Source of the DNA: a virus
Taxonomy: Duplodnaviria > Caudoviricetes
IMG/VR virus record: IMGVR_UViG_3300030376_004646
Span: 1 to 25,741 of that record
Reading direction: 5' to 3' (one strand)
DNA length: 25,741 nucleotides
Every line of letters begins with the position of its first letter. Within the stretch, counting starts at the first letter, position 1. Positions 1-9,547 of this stretch are shown piece after piece. Below the pieces are notes generated by a model. The model had not been told where the DNA came from and did not search any database. It saw only the letters and a list, made by a program, of their open reading frames with translations. Position numbers and translations under genes: made by a program.

Positions 1-214
1 CCATTGCAACTGCACAAATCCAACCGATAAAAGGTCGCCAACCAGCCACGAAAACAGATCGATGCTGTGCTTCTGCTTTATTGACTTCAATTTGTGCATG
101 ATTCGCTTTTTGTATTTCAAGTTGTATTTCGTGTTCTAGTTTTGTTTTTAAATCTTTATCAGCAACGAACTTATCTAAAATCTTAGACACAGGGTTTATA
201 AGTTCTTTAATCAT
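1..214 (-). CDS. 3TM holin (GTA holin-like), runs off the window's left edge
   Basis: Not in ORF track. Hand translation MIKELINPVSKILDKFVADKD...EAQHRSVFVAGWRPFIGWICAVAM contains the WRPxIGW motif of 3TM holins; the start abuts the upstream stop (TAATAATG). Confidence 0.85.
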   Translation of the reverse strand, partial: MIKELINPVSKILDKFVADKDLKTKLEHEIQLEIQKANHAQIEVNKAEAQHRSVFVAGWRPFIGWICAVAM

Positions 215-216
215 TA

Positions 217-405
217 TTAATGTATTGTCGTTTCTTCATGCGATAACAGCTCTGAATCTTCATTGATAACATCTGCAAGAAAACACAAAACGAGTTCTTT
301 TGCGTGTTCCAAGTCTCTCGCTTTTATGCCTTGAGCTGTATAGACCATGTCGTCTTCTAAGAACTCAAGATCAAAATATGAAAATTTATCCGTTTCCTGA
401 GCCAT
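217..405 (-). CDS. hypothetical protein (62 aa, acidic)
   Basis: ORF 217..504 trimmed to MAQETDKF; AAGGA lies upstream, it overlaps the portal stop and is coupled to the holin start. Confidence 0.65.
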   Translation of the reverse strand: MAQETDKFSYFDLEFLEDDMVYTAQGIKARDLEHAKELVLCFLADVINEDSELLSHEETTIH

Positions 406-2551
406 TGAAGAGTCCTTGCGCTTGAGCTTTTGCGATCTGTCTGATCGTTTCTCGATCACGCTCCATGAGTGCGTTGATTTCTGCGACATTAACTTGAGCG
501 CCATATTTAGCGTTCAGCTCAGCGGCTTTCAATCGAATGTCTGCTTCAGACTCATCACGTTTGAAGTCATCGTCCATGATGATTTTGAGTCGATCATTTT
601 CTGCGTCAATAACTGCTTTCTCAGCTTGCACATTTGCTTTGTGAATCTCTGCTTGTGCCAACATCTCAGCTGGATCAGGCTTTTTCTCTTCTTGTTGTGG
701 TGGCATCGGTGGTATATCAGTGTTAATAAATGCGTTTACATCTTTGAAGCCCGCCATTTCTATAACTTTTGCTAACGTGTTTGCGTATTGATTCATTGTG
801 ACCATTGGATTATTGGGCCCAAGCATTTTTAAGATCTCTTCTTGTTTTCCAGCGACCATGCCTAAGACTTGCATCTTCTCTTCGTCACTGCTTTTGCTGA
901 TCGCTACATTTACAACTAGATCTTTGTCCAGCTCCCAATATCTGGGGTCCACTGCAACAAAATCATTGTTTAATCTGACAATCTCTTCTTTATCAGCGTA
1001 TTTGATGATCAAATTGTTGACGAGCTTGAAAAGCGTTTTCATGCCACCTTCTGCGAAGTGACGACAGATTAGCTCGACCCTGCCTTGCGCGCCTGACATT
1101 GTTGCTGAGACTGCTGCTTTTGTTGAAGATTGCAACGCGTCAGCATTTAGACCTGCGCTTGCTTTAGAAACGCCCGTACGGTTCTCGCGGGCATCATCCA
1201 GATAGGAGAGAACAGGAAATGCCTCTTTCCCGACGAAGGGTATCGAGAAGGGTTGAACCATGCCGGGCGCTCTCATGCGAATGGGTTGACCGATGTCGGT
1301 GTTCAAAACATCGTCAATGTTTACCTGGCCCTCTACCACCCCCATGCGGGGGAATATCGAATGACCGAGAGAGTCAAGTGTGTCGCGCATGATTTGTGAT
1401 TTTGCAGTTTGTATTGGAATTAAATAATCTGAGACACAGCTTCCGATCGCTGTGTGAGGCTCAGGATCCATCGAGAACATAACGATAGGAAGTTCGTCCC
1501 ATTGATCGTAGTTGACGATGTTTAAGCCATTGCCGACTGTGCAGACTCGAACACGCTCTGCGATTCCGTCTTTGTCTAAGTCGTAGTTGACGTAATGTTC
1601 GATGTATAAAACTTTTTTATCATACGCATTGTCAGCGTCAGGATACATTGAGCTATCAAGTGGGCTTCTTGCTTCTTCTTCTTCGTATGTTTCTGCGTCA
1701 AAAGTTGAGCCTGAGCCTGCGTATTCTTTCATCTCATCTTCATCGTAGCCCATTGCAACGAGATCGCTCACTGACTTGATCATACGATGTGCAACATAAG
1801 CTGATGTCTCTAAATCTCTTGCATTGCGAGCAATCAGCACTTCTTCAGGCGGAACACTTTCAATGCACACTTTGTTTTTTGCTGTCACTCTGCGAACAGT
1901 CAAGTCATACGACACAGGTGTTTCTTGCGTCATTTCTTCGCCTGTCATTTCGTCAACAATCGTCATGCTTTGCATGTTTGCTGACTCTTCAACGATCTCG
2001 ACATCTTCATCGAGCAATAGAGCCGTGTAAGCGTCTTGAGACAAATCAGAGAAATGATGCGTTGTCGCTTTGATGCTGTCATCGTAATACGCTTTGACGA
2101 AGCCGGTCTTACGGACAAGCGCATCTTTAAACGCATCGTAGAGTACGCTGAAGCCATTGCTTCTTTCAATCGTGTAATTGACAAAATCTGTTTGCTGTTT
2201 TGCCAACTCAATATCATTTGCATCATGCGGTATAAATTCGACTACTTTTTTTGTGCCGAAAAATGTTCGCATGATTGAAGGCATCAAAAATAAAACACTG
2301 TCTCGCAAATCTGTCGAGACAAATTCTGATTGCAAAGACGATGTTGCGTTGGGTTTTTTGCCCAAATAATAATTTGTTGCTTCAGCGCGTTCTTCGCCAA
2401 TCTGATCGATGAAATCAGACGCATCATCAAGCTCTACTTTTAGAACGCTTTGTAGATCTTCAATGTCTGTTTCTTCTATAGAATTTACTTCATCACTTAC
2501 AACTTCTATCTCTGCTTCTTCTAATAGACGTTCGTTATCTGTATATGCCAT
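386..2551 (-). CDS. portal protein (P22-like podovirus type)
   Basis: 721 aa, directly downstream of TerL; N-terminal YYLG, KDALVRKTGFVK segment, RTGVS...GL motif, and coiled-coil C-terminal barrel. Confidence 0.9.
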   Translation of the reverse strand: MAYTDNERLLEEAEIEVVSDEVNSIEETDIEDLQSVLKVELDDASDFIDQIGEERAEATNYYLGKKPNATSSLQSEFVSTDLRDSVLFLMPSIMRTFFGTKKVVEFIPHDANDIELAKQQTDFVNYTIERSNGFSVLYDAFKDALVRKTGFVKAYYDDSIKATTHHFSDLSQDAYTALLLDEDVEIVEESANMQSMTIVDEMTGEEMTQETPVSYDLTVRRVTAKNKVCIESVPPEEVLIARNARDLETSAYVAHRMIKSVSDLVAMGYDEDEMKEYAGSGSTFDAETYEEEEARSPLDSSMYPDADNAYDKKVLYIEHYVNYDLDKDGIAERVRVCTVGNGLNIVNYDQWDELPIVMFSMDPEPHTAIGSCVSDYLIPIQTAKSQIMRDTLDSLGHSIFPRMGVVEGQVNIDDVLNTDIGQPIRMRAPGMVQPFSIPFVGKEAFPVLSYLDDARENRTGVSKASAGLNADALQSSTKAAVSATMSGAQGRVELICRHFAEGGMKTLFKLVNNLIIKYADKEEIVRLNNDFVAVDPRYWELDKDLVVNVAISKSSDEEKMQVLGMVAGKQEEILKMLGPNNPMVTMNQYANTLAKVIEMAGFKDVNAFINTDIPPMPPQQEEKKPDPAEMLAQAEIHKANVQAEKAVIDAENDRLKIIMDDDFKRDESEADIRLKAAELNAKYGAQVNVAEINALMERDRETIRQIAKAQAQGLFNGSGNG

Positions 2552-2557
2552 GTATGT

Positions 2558-4090
2558 TTATCCCACTCGTATAATTTTTGATTTTATAGGCTTTTTCCAG
2601 TTGTAACCCATTTGGTTAAAATTGCTAGAAAAGCTGGCGGCAGAACTAGCCATGGTTAATGCAAGTGCGTCTGCTTTGTCAGGAGATTTGACTCCTCTCT
2701 TGCGCATCGATTCCTTGGCTTCTATCTTTATCTTGCCTGTGCTTGTGTAAGTATAAGACGGACTGACTAATTCTGCAATCAGCTCGTCATCATTGGGCAA
2801 GCGGCAATCGCGAGCAGAGAGCCAATCTTTGATTTTGAACCATAATTCTGCGCGTAGATTCAAATAATTTTTCTTGCTTGCAGGCGATTCTGCGACATTA
2901 ATGCCACGCACAGGTAGATCTTGTTCAGCTAATCGATCCACGACACCGCTTCCGACACCGATGACATCAACTAAAATCTCTTGCGGTCGATTCATTGCAG
3001 TTGCATCGTCATAAAGATTTTTAATTGCGCCACAAAGTTGCATGAGATCCATTGATTTGAATGTTTTTATTTCAAATACTGTGTTTCCTTGTCTTACGCA
3101 AAGCGCTGAATTGTCAGCTCCGAAACGAGCGACATCGAGTCCCCATATAATTGGCTCACTTGCTGTCAACGTGACTTCTCTATCGACTGCTGATCTTGCT
3201 AATTCGATCGGAATAACAGTGTCATCGTCAGCGCTAGGAAATTGACCCAGCACTTCGACTCTTGCGACTGTTGAATCAGCTCCGTATTGTTCGAGCATAG
3301 TGTTAAAAAGTTTTTGATCTGTGCCTTCAACGTCACGCGAGTCGATTTGTTCTGTTTGCCAGAAAGATCTGTTTGCATGAAACGAATCATAGAAAGGACC
3401 TGTGTTTCTTCGTGGATTCGAAAACGCGAACCAAAAACGATTTTTCGTTGGCTCTGTAAAAAAGCCTTCACTAACTGAATAAATTTGGTGGGGTATGCCC
3501 GATGCTTCATCGCATACTAAAGTGACTCCGTGCGAGCTGTGAATTCCTGCAAATGCGTCGGGGTTTTCTTCGCTCCAGAGGCTTGCTTGCGCGTAGTAGT
3601 AGCCACAATCGATGCTTAAATCTCTGACGAGCAGTTCTTCGAACCATGCTTGAGGCTTTAACGCTGTCGCTGTTTTGTGAAACCAATGTCCGTTTATGGC
3701 TAAGCTGACCCATTTTCCGAGTTCTGCCCATGTTCTTGTTCTGAGCTGTGCTTCTGTGTTTGCTGTGACGATGACAGTTGAGCCGAGTCGAGTTGATAGC
3801 ATGAACAGAATGATCCACGCTACGAGTGCTGATTTGCCGATGCCACGACCTGAAGCGACTGCGAGACGATACATCTCAGGCAAATCAATCACTTCATTGC
3901 GTTGTATATGCGTTGCAATGTCTCGTAAAATTTTTTCTTGCCACTTACGCGGACCTGTGAAGTCTTCGAGAGGGGTGTTTTTTTGCCCCCATGGGAAAAC
4001 GTAGCGTACAAAATTCAACGGATCATCTTTGATCGTAAGCGACCAGAGCTGTGTCATGAGTTGTTCTTCTTGTTCTGCTGAGTATTTCAT
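2558..4090 (-). CDS. terL: terminase large subunit
   Basis: Walker A SGRGIGKS, Walker B LVCDEA, SNP coupling motif, RNase H-like nuclease motifs GLDVARFGAD and SPDKADA. Confidence 0.95.
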   Translation of the reverse strand: MKYSAEQEEQLMTQLWSLTIKDDPLNFVRYVFPWGQKNTPLEDFTGPRKWQEKILRDIATHIQRNEVIDLPEMYRLAVASGRGIGKSALVAWIILFMLSTRLGSTVIVTANTEAQLRTRTWAELGKWVSLAINGHWFHKTATALKPQAWFEELLVRDLSIDCGYYYAQASLWSEENPDAFAGIHSSHGVTLVCDEASGIPHQIYSVSEGFFTEPTKNRFWFAFSNPRRNTGPFYDSFHANRSFWQTEQIDSRDVEGTDQKLFNTMLEQYGADSTVARVEVLGQFPSADDDTVIPIELARSAVDREVTLTASEPIIWGLDVARFGADNSALCVRQGNTVFEIKTFKSMDLMQLCGAIKNLYDDATAMNRPQEILVDVIGVGSGVVDRLAEQDLPVRGINVAESPASKKNYLNLRAELWFKIKDWLSARDCRLPNDDELIAELVSPSYTYTSTGKIKIEAKESMRKRGVKSPDKADALALTMASSAASFSSNFNQMGYNWKKPIKSKIIRVG

Positions 4091-4181
4091 ATCAAAAAAA
4101 ATTACAAAAAATTAGTTACACGTCTGCAAAAACAACGCACCCGCGTTGCGTCCGATGGGGGGTGTCCGCACCTCATTTCCT

Positions 4182-4700
4182 CTATGGTTTTTCATCATCT
4201 TCTGATGTCAGTTTCTTAGAGAGAAGTTGACTATCGCTTTGTCCATTGATGTTGCGAGCTGTTTCAATCTTGCGAGTCGAAGTAGGTTCTAAATCAATGA
4301 TGCGTTTTTGTGCGTTCTGCAAAACTTTATTCAAACTGATCTGATGCTCGACTGTCTCATGAACTCTGTCTTTCCAGTTGTCGGCGTCTCGGTTTTTTAA
4401 GAAAAACACCTGAGCAGTCACGTTAGGGTCTTTGCCAGCTCGACCTGTCGCAGAATCGAAGAGAGCAGAAGCGACCTCGTCAATGGCTTTTGTCTTGCCT
4501 CTCTTTAAAGCAGTGTCAAATTTCGCAGAATCGCGTTTTCTTCTAGCGATAGTGGAGAGTGAAACCCCAAAGGATTCAGCGATCTTAGACTCTGAGATTC
4601 CTAAGCCAGCCATTCTCGCCACTTCTTTTAATTCATCGTCATTAAATTTTATTCGCTTCCTTCCAGCGCCTTTTGGGTTCTTTTCAGTCTTCTTTGCCAT
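4182..4700 (-). CDS. terS: terminase small subunit
   Basis: N-terminal HTH (ESKIAESFGVSLSTIARR), TAQVFFLKNR...W motif, position immediately upstream of TerL. Confidence 0.8.
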   Translation of the reverse strand: MAKKTEKNPKGAGRKRIKFNDDELKEVARMAGLGISESKIAESFGVSLSTIARRKRDSAKFDTALKRGKTKAIDEVASALFDSATGRAGKDPNVTAQVFFLKNRDADNWKDRVHETVEHQISLNKVLQNAQKRIIDLEPTSTRKIETARNINGQSDSQLLSKKLTSEDDEKP

Positions 4701-4704
4701 TTAA

Positions 4705-5694
4705 TTACTCACAAACCTTACAAGCATCGTTTGAATCATCGACTAATTCTCCTGTTTTAAGAGTCTCTTGTATTCGATACGCTAACTCTTTACCAACGAA
4801 GCCACGATGACTCCAGTATTTTGCAACAGTCTCAACGCTTATGGTTTCATTGTCTATTATACGTTTGTTATTTGTAAAATTAATGTTGTTCGCTTTCTCT
4901 CTGTCTTCAGCATCGTAATCTTTTCTGTACTGATTATTTATAGATGAAACAGCCTCTAATAAAGAAAGATTGTTGTTTGAGAATTCTATAAAAGCATTTA
5001 TGTCTTTAGGAAAACACGCACCACCGAAACCTCTTCTTCGATTATTGTCTGCAACTTTTGTATGCGATGTATCAATTCTGTCGTCTGCTGTTATTGCAGA
5101 AACAATCTTTTCATAATCACAATCATATTGATTAACTAAATCATAAAGTTGATTAAAGAAAATAACTTTCATCGCTAAAAAACTATTGACTGAGTATTTA
5201 ACAAACGAAGCCTCTTCAGCACTCATATGAACAAAATCACTTGAGACACATCTTGAATGATTCGCATAGATCTCTGAAAGTTTCTTTGTTGCTACATCTG
5301 AGCCACCAAGCACATGATGATCAGCGTTGATAAAATCATGATTTGAGTTTCTTTCTGTCAAGAACTCTGGGTTGTAAACAAACCGATCTGCGTCAACGAA
5401 AGACAGAAAGTTACTTACTATATTTGGAGTAATAGTTGATTTAACGACAATCAAACTATTTGTTTCTCTGCAAAGATAATCAACAACATGCTCTACAATC
5501 TTGCTGTCTATCTCTTTGTTGTCTTTCATAGGGGTTGGAACTGAAACAAAAGAAACGTCAGCTTCAAAAGAATTGAGATCCTCTAGTGTTGTATTGTAAA
5601 TAGGGTCAATTATTAAAAGTTCAACTCCATTTGTTCTGAACGCGTTGTCTATTGCTTTTCCAACAAAGCCATGACCAATTATTGCTATTTTCAT
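4705..5694 (-). CDS. ugd: UDP-glucose/GDP-mannose 6-dehydrogenase family protein (short phage form)
   Basis: GHGFVG Rossmann motif, VPTP, KSTI, NPEFL, KY..NSFLAMKV, and catalytic GFGGACFPKD. Confidence 0.9.
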   Translation of the reverse strand: MKIAIIGHGFVGKAIDNAFRTNGVELLIIDPIYNTTLEDLNSFEADVSFVSVPTPMKDNKEIDSKIVEHVVDYLCRETNSLIVVKSTITPNIVSNFLSFVDADRFVYNPEFLTERNSNHDFINADHHVLGGSDVATKKLSEIYANHSRCVSSDFVHMSAEEASFVKYSVNSFLAMKVIFFNQLYDLVNQYDCDYEKIVSAITADDRIDTSHTKVADNNRRRGFGGACFPKDINAFIEFSNNNLSLLEAVSSINNQYRKDYDAEDREKANNINFTNNKRIIDNETISVETVAKYWSHRGFVGKELAYRIQETLKTGELVDDSNDACKVCE

Positions 5695-5726
5695 ATGTAT
5701 AAGCCTCTGTTATTTGTAAATTTTGT

Positions 5727-6134
5727 TTATTCTTCTAAATCTTTTAATAGCTGTTCGTATGTTTGCTCTTGCAACTCTTCGTTATACTCAATGACTTTCA
5801 CTCCTTTTTGTTTTTGACCTTTGTTCTTGAGAAAGTAAATGTAATTCGATCTCAAACAAACGAGTGCAAACACTTGGCACACATCCTCGTTATAAACTCT
5901 TTTGCCTTTCTTTACGAAGTTAAACTTGTATCGCTCATGTGTTCTGCTTTCTTCTTTGTGTGCGTTATAAGCAGATTTAACTTGTACTCCATAAAACTTA
6001 TCATCAATTTGTATCACTAAGTCTCGATTGCTGTTAATAGCAGAGGGTGAGAAGCAAGGAATACCTTTCATCATGAAGAATATTTCTACTAGCTTTTCGC
6101 CTGCGCTTCCACGCTGATTTTTATAATGAACCAC
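5727..6134 (-). CDS. PD-(D/E)XK endonuclease-like protein
   Basis: GSAGE helix, RDLVI and VQVKS pattern of small restriction-like/homing nucleases. Confidence 0.7.
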   Translation of the reverse strand: MVHYKNQRGSAGEKLVEIFFMMKGIPCFSPSAINSNRDLVIQIDDKFYGVQVKSAYNAHKEESRTHERYKFNFVKKGKRVYNEDVCQVFALVCLRSNYIYFLKNKGQKQKGVKVIEYNEELQEQTYEQLLKDLEE

Positions 6135-6719
6135 TCAAACTATCTCATCTTGTAACGCAACACCCTCTATATCTTTATCTGTTATTGGTTTTCTCGATTT
6201 AATCTCAACATTGCCAAAACTATTTTTGAACCTCTTTTTTAAATCAAAAACATCTTCATCAATTAGTGCAAGCAACTCTCTTATGCTGAAATATAAACTC
6301 GGTTTCTCTTTGTGTGACATTGCACACGCTTTTGGTAACTCTTCTGCGTTCTCTACAACGATTATTTGTAGATCATTGTGTGGGTGTTTAACAATCCACA
6401 TAGCTGGACTTAACTCATCAAATCCTCTGAATTTTGCATAATCAATAAACTTATCAAAACCACGCATCATGCTTTCGCTGTAAGTCAGTATTTTTTCTTC
6501 ATCAAACTTAGATCGTGCTTCATCGAGCATTTGTATCAAACGTCTCATGTTCTTCTGATCATCGATTGACTGTATTTCAATTAAACGCTCAAAGCCCCAA
6601 TCACAGCTCACTTGAACTTTTCGCTTCAAATAGTTCGTATATGCTTCAGTCGATTTATTCTTCAGATCTTGACTGACTTTACGATACATATCAGGTTGAA
6701 CTGTTTTCTTCTTATACAT
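6135..6719 (-). CDS. hypothetical protein (194 aa)
   Basis: Long ORF packed in the operon; no motif recognised. Confidence 0.75.
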   Translation of the reverse strand: MYKKKTVQPDMYRKVSQDLKNKSTEAYTNYLKRKVQVSCDWGFERLIEIQSIDDQKNMRRLIQMLDEARSKFDEEKILTYSESMMRGFDKFIDYAKFRGFDELSPAMWIVKHPHNDLQIIVVENAEELPKACAMSHKEKPSLYFSIRELLALIDEDVFDLKKRFKNSFGNVEIKSRKPITDKDIEGVALQDEIV

Positions 6720-6764
6720 ATAAAAGACTCAAAAAGAATAAACAAAAAATACTGACAAAATGGT

Positions 6765-6960
6765 CACGACAACGACTACGACTCTTATAGAGTCTGTCGT
6801 AGTGTCGCTGTGTCGGCGCAATGTCGCAGTCGATGTCGCAACTCATGTCGCAAACGCTTGAAAGCACTGATTTTACTGGGTTCGTGATGTCGCACTTCGT
6901 GTCGCAACTCATGTCGCAAGCATTTTGAAACTGCTCTGAAAAAAACACGTTTTGCGACAC
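6765..6960. repeat. iteron-like repeats plus palindrome; probable replication origin
   Basis: RTGTCGCA at 6821, 6833, 6845 and at 6887, 6899, 6911 (12-bp period); inverted copy TGCGACAC at 6953; dyad ACTACGAC-TCTTATAGAGTCT-GTCGTAGT at about 6775-6803. Confidence 0.7.
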
Positions 6961-6994
6961 GCTTTTGACACTATTTTGCTCTGTTTTGTTGTTA

Positions 6995-7417
6995 TCAAAC
7001 AACATTTGCTCTCTCATTGATTGAATCAGCAATCATTTGTTTGTACTTTGTCGCTGAATAATTGTGTGAACGATCTATAAAATGAACGTAAATATTTAGG
7101 TTATCTCCTGTGAATGATTTGTTTTTGTAGTCATCACCTAAGAATCTGATGTCGATTTTTTGACGCGATTCAAGCAGTTCTAATAGATCAGATTCGAGTC
7201 TATATGTAATGATTTGATCGACATATCTAATCGCAGAGAGCGTCTCAATTCGCTCTGCAACAGAAAGAATAGGCTTCATCTTCTCAGCTCTCTCAATAGA
7301 AGGATCTTCATGCAAATAAACAATCAAATACTCGCAGTTGTCAGCACACTCTCTTAGGGCGCGAATATATCCGATATGCATGACATCGAAAGCTCCTGCA
7401 ATGACTCCTGTTTTCAT
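6995..7417 (-). CDS. cytidylyltransferase family protein (TagD/RfaE domain II-like)
   Basis: GAFDVMHIGY (HIGH-like), KPILSVAER, IRYVD, GDDY, DRSHNYSAT. Start trimmed to MKTGV, which has an ATGA overlap with the cupin stop. Confidence 0.88.
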   Translation of the reverse strand: MKTGVIAGAFDVMHIGYIRALRECADNCEYLIVYLHEDPSIERAEKMKPILSVAERIETLSAIRYVDQIITYRLESDLLELLESRQKIDIRFLGDDYKNKSFTGDNLNIYVHFIDRSHNYSATKYKQMIADSINERANVV

Positions 7418-7746
7418 GTTGTCGCTCTCTTTTTGTTGAAAACGCACACAAAATACAAATCGTCTTGAGAGTCGTTAATGACTTTGTGAAAAACATTGTC
7501 TTCAATAAGAACGACATCATTGCTTTTAACGTCTATTGTTTCGTTGTCTAGCTTCATTTTTCCTTGCCCTTGTACGAAAAAATAGATTTCTTCTTGACCT
7601 TCGTGAGAATGACCTGTTGTTTGTTTGTTTGCTTTTAGTCTTGTGCTACTCAGCGTCAAGTCTCTTAGTCTTGTGTTGTCTTTAACGATGTATCGATCAT
7701 CTTGTTTGACTAAATCGCCTTGTATGTTTTGTATATTGAGCTTCAT
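7414..7746 (-). CDS. cupin domain protein (sugar isomerase-like)
   Basis: GHSHEGQEEIYFFVQGQG and NVFHKVIN metal-binding cupin motifs. Confidence 0.85.
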   Translation of the reverse strand: MKLNIQNIQGDLVKQDDRYIVKDNTRLRDLTLSSTRLKANKQTTGHSHEGQEEIYFFVQGQGKMKLDNETIDVKSNDVVLIEDNVFHKVINDSQDDLYFVCVFNKKRATT

Positions 7747-7747
7747 A

Positions 7748-9547
7748 TTAAAAAGGTGGTTCTTCATCGATCATTTTATTGCTCTTTGCATACGCAATAT
7801 CACGCTCAATTGTTCGAACTGACACGCCTGTTTTGCTCGAGATTGCATCTTTGTCAGCTCCTTCATTGATCATTTGTGCAACGACTTCACGTCTCATTTC
7901 GAGATCGTCTTTGTCTTTTGACATGACTCCGTTTGAATAGAGCCACGCAATTGGCAGTGCATCTTTACCATAAAAATGACGCGTCTTTTCAAACGACCAC
8001 TTAAATGACGTTTCATACGTTTCAGCGTCAATGTCGAGTAGGGCGTCTGAATCGTTGTTTGCCAGCTCTGTCTTGATAACGCCGTCAAGCACCACTGTCT
8101 TGGACATACTTCCGAGCTGGGTGCCTGCTTTTGATGAATGATGAACGAACCATGCGACACGATCTTGTTGACGCAACTTAAGTAATAACGGTTGCACGTC
8201 AGATACCCATTCGTCTGCTTGATTGCTATCAGTCATGCTTGTGAGCGTCAGAAGGTTGTCTAAAATCACTACCGCTGGATCTATCTTCTCGATCATGTCC
8301 CAGAACCATGTTTTTCCTTCTTCTGTATTGAGCGGTAACAATCCATGCTCTTGATCGTGATGTGACACGATAAATAAGTTCTTTTCTACGCGTTGTATAA
8401 GCTCTTTTTGTCTCTCGAAAGACTCAGCACTGAACATGTTGAGCTGTTGATTCAGACGTTCTTGCATGGCGTTTGGTGGCATTTCTGCATCGATATAAAC
8501 GACTTTGACAGCGTTCGGTATCTTGTAATGCCCGAAGTTATAGCCTGACGCGAGTGCGATTGACATGACAGAAGTGCCTAGAGATTTGCAATGACCGGGA
8601 GCGCCATGAATCATAAAAAGATTTGATCTCGCCATGAGATTTTCAATGAGCCACACTTTCGGTGGATACTCAATGTCTTTAAACGCTTTATAATCGTGAT
8701 AGACGACAGTGTGTGACGCTTCTTTGTGATATTCGTTGTCTCTCGCATACTTAACGACATCGAAGTATTCTTGTCGCTCATAAGCATCGTATAGATCGTC
8801 TTTTTCGTCCCAGTGCGTTGGCGGTTTCACAATGCTCGTTTTAATGTTCAACGATTCGAGCTTTTCTTTTAATGCGATTGCACAATCGAAGCCTGCATCG
8901 TCATTGTCAGGGAAAATAATCACTTCATTAAAGTCTTTGAGCTGTGTCCAGTTGCTTTGCTCTAGTGCTGAGACTCCGCCATGCCATGCACAGATGATGT
9001 TCTCTTTCGCAAGTTCTTTTGCACCTAAGAACGCTTTTTCGCCTTCGACTACGATGACGGGCTTCGCTGAATCGCCTTCACTTAATAATAGTGGCATTAA
9101 TCCAGTTGGTCTTTTCATGATCCAGTTATTTGAATCAACGCGACTAAAAGGACGATAAATCTTACCCTCGAATCGCATTGTGCAGAACGCATCATTAAAG
9201 CGTGAATAGATCTCTGCTTTCTCTGCAAGCGCTCTCATTTCGTCTGAGCTGTATTCTTTGCTCTGTATTTGTGTATCGTTGTTTCTCACTGGCGGTAGTT
9301 TTTGTTCAGTGATACCCAGTGTTTCTAAAAATTCTGTGATGCTTGATTCACCTCGCTCTCTTTGTATGAGTGAGAGCATGCCACCACCTTCTTCATTTTC
9401 GTGATCGTAGAATGTGCCTTTAGAGAGATCGATGCAGAGTGAGCCTTTGCGACCGAACCTTAATTCTTTGTCGCTACTGAGCTTCTCGTTGGGTGATCCT
9501 AGAAGTGCAATCGCAATCTGTTCTGCGTGTAATGCTACGTCAATCAT
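7748..9547 (-). CDS. primase-helicase (TOPRIM plus RecA-like AAA_25 plus C-terminal HTH)
   Basis: TOPRIM motifs VEGEK and FPDNDDAG; Walker A GAPGHCKS, YIDAEM, ILDNL, HHSSK; C-terminal HTH GVSVRTIERD. Confidence 0.88.
   Translation of the reverse strand: MIDVALHAEQIAIALLGSPNEKLSSDKELRFGRKGSLCIDLSKGTFYDHENEEGGGMLSLIQRERGESSITEFLETLGITEQKLPPVRNNDTQIQSKEYSSDEMRALAEKAEIYSRFNDAFCTMRFEGKIYRPFSRVDSNNWIMKRPTGLMPLLLSEGDSAKPVIVVEGEKAFLGAKELAKENIICAWHGGVSALEQSNWTQLKDFNEVIIFPDNDDAGFDCAIALKEKLESLNIKTSIVKPPTHWDEKDDLYDAYERQEYFDVVKYARDNEYHKEASHTVVYHDYKAFKDIEYPPKVWLIENLMARSNLFMIHGAPGHCKSLGTSVMSIALASGYNFGHYKIPNAVKVVYIDAEMPPNAMQERLNQQLNMFSAESFERQKELIQRVEKNLFIVSHHDQEHGLLPLNTEEGKTWFWDMIEKIDPAVVILDNLLTLTSMTDSNQADEWVSDVQPLLLKLRQQDRVAWFVHHSSKAGTQLGSMSKTVVLDGVIKTELANNDSDALLDIDAETYETSFKWSFEKTRHFYGKDALPIAWLYSNGVMSKDKDDLEMRREVVAQMINEGADKDAISSKTGVSVRTIERDIAYAKSNKMIDEEPPF

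Noticed and set aside
6712-7032. 106-aa Cys-Asp repeat ORF as a metal-binding protein
   Set aside because: The peptide repeat follows from 12-bp DNA repeats that also occur inverted, so an origin is the simpler explanation; translation is not excluded.
7414-7746. Cupin as the missing TET/2OG-Fe(II) dioxygenase
   Set aside because: Only 110 aa with a classic HxH...E...H cupin site and no HxD...H...R pattern.
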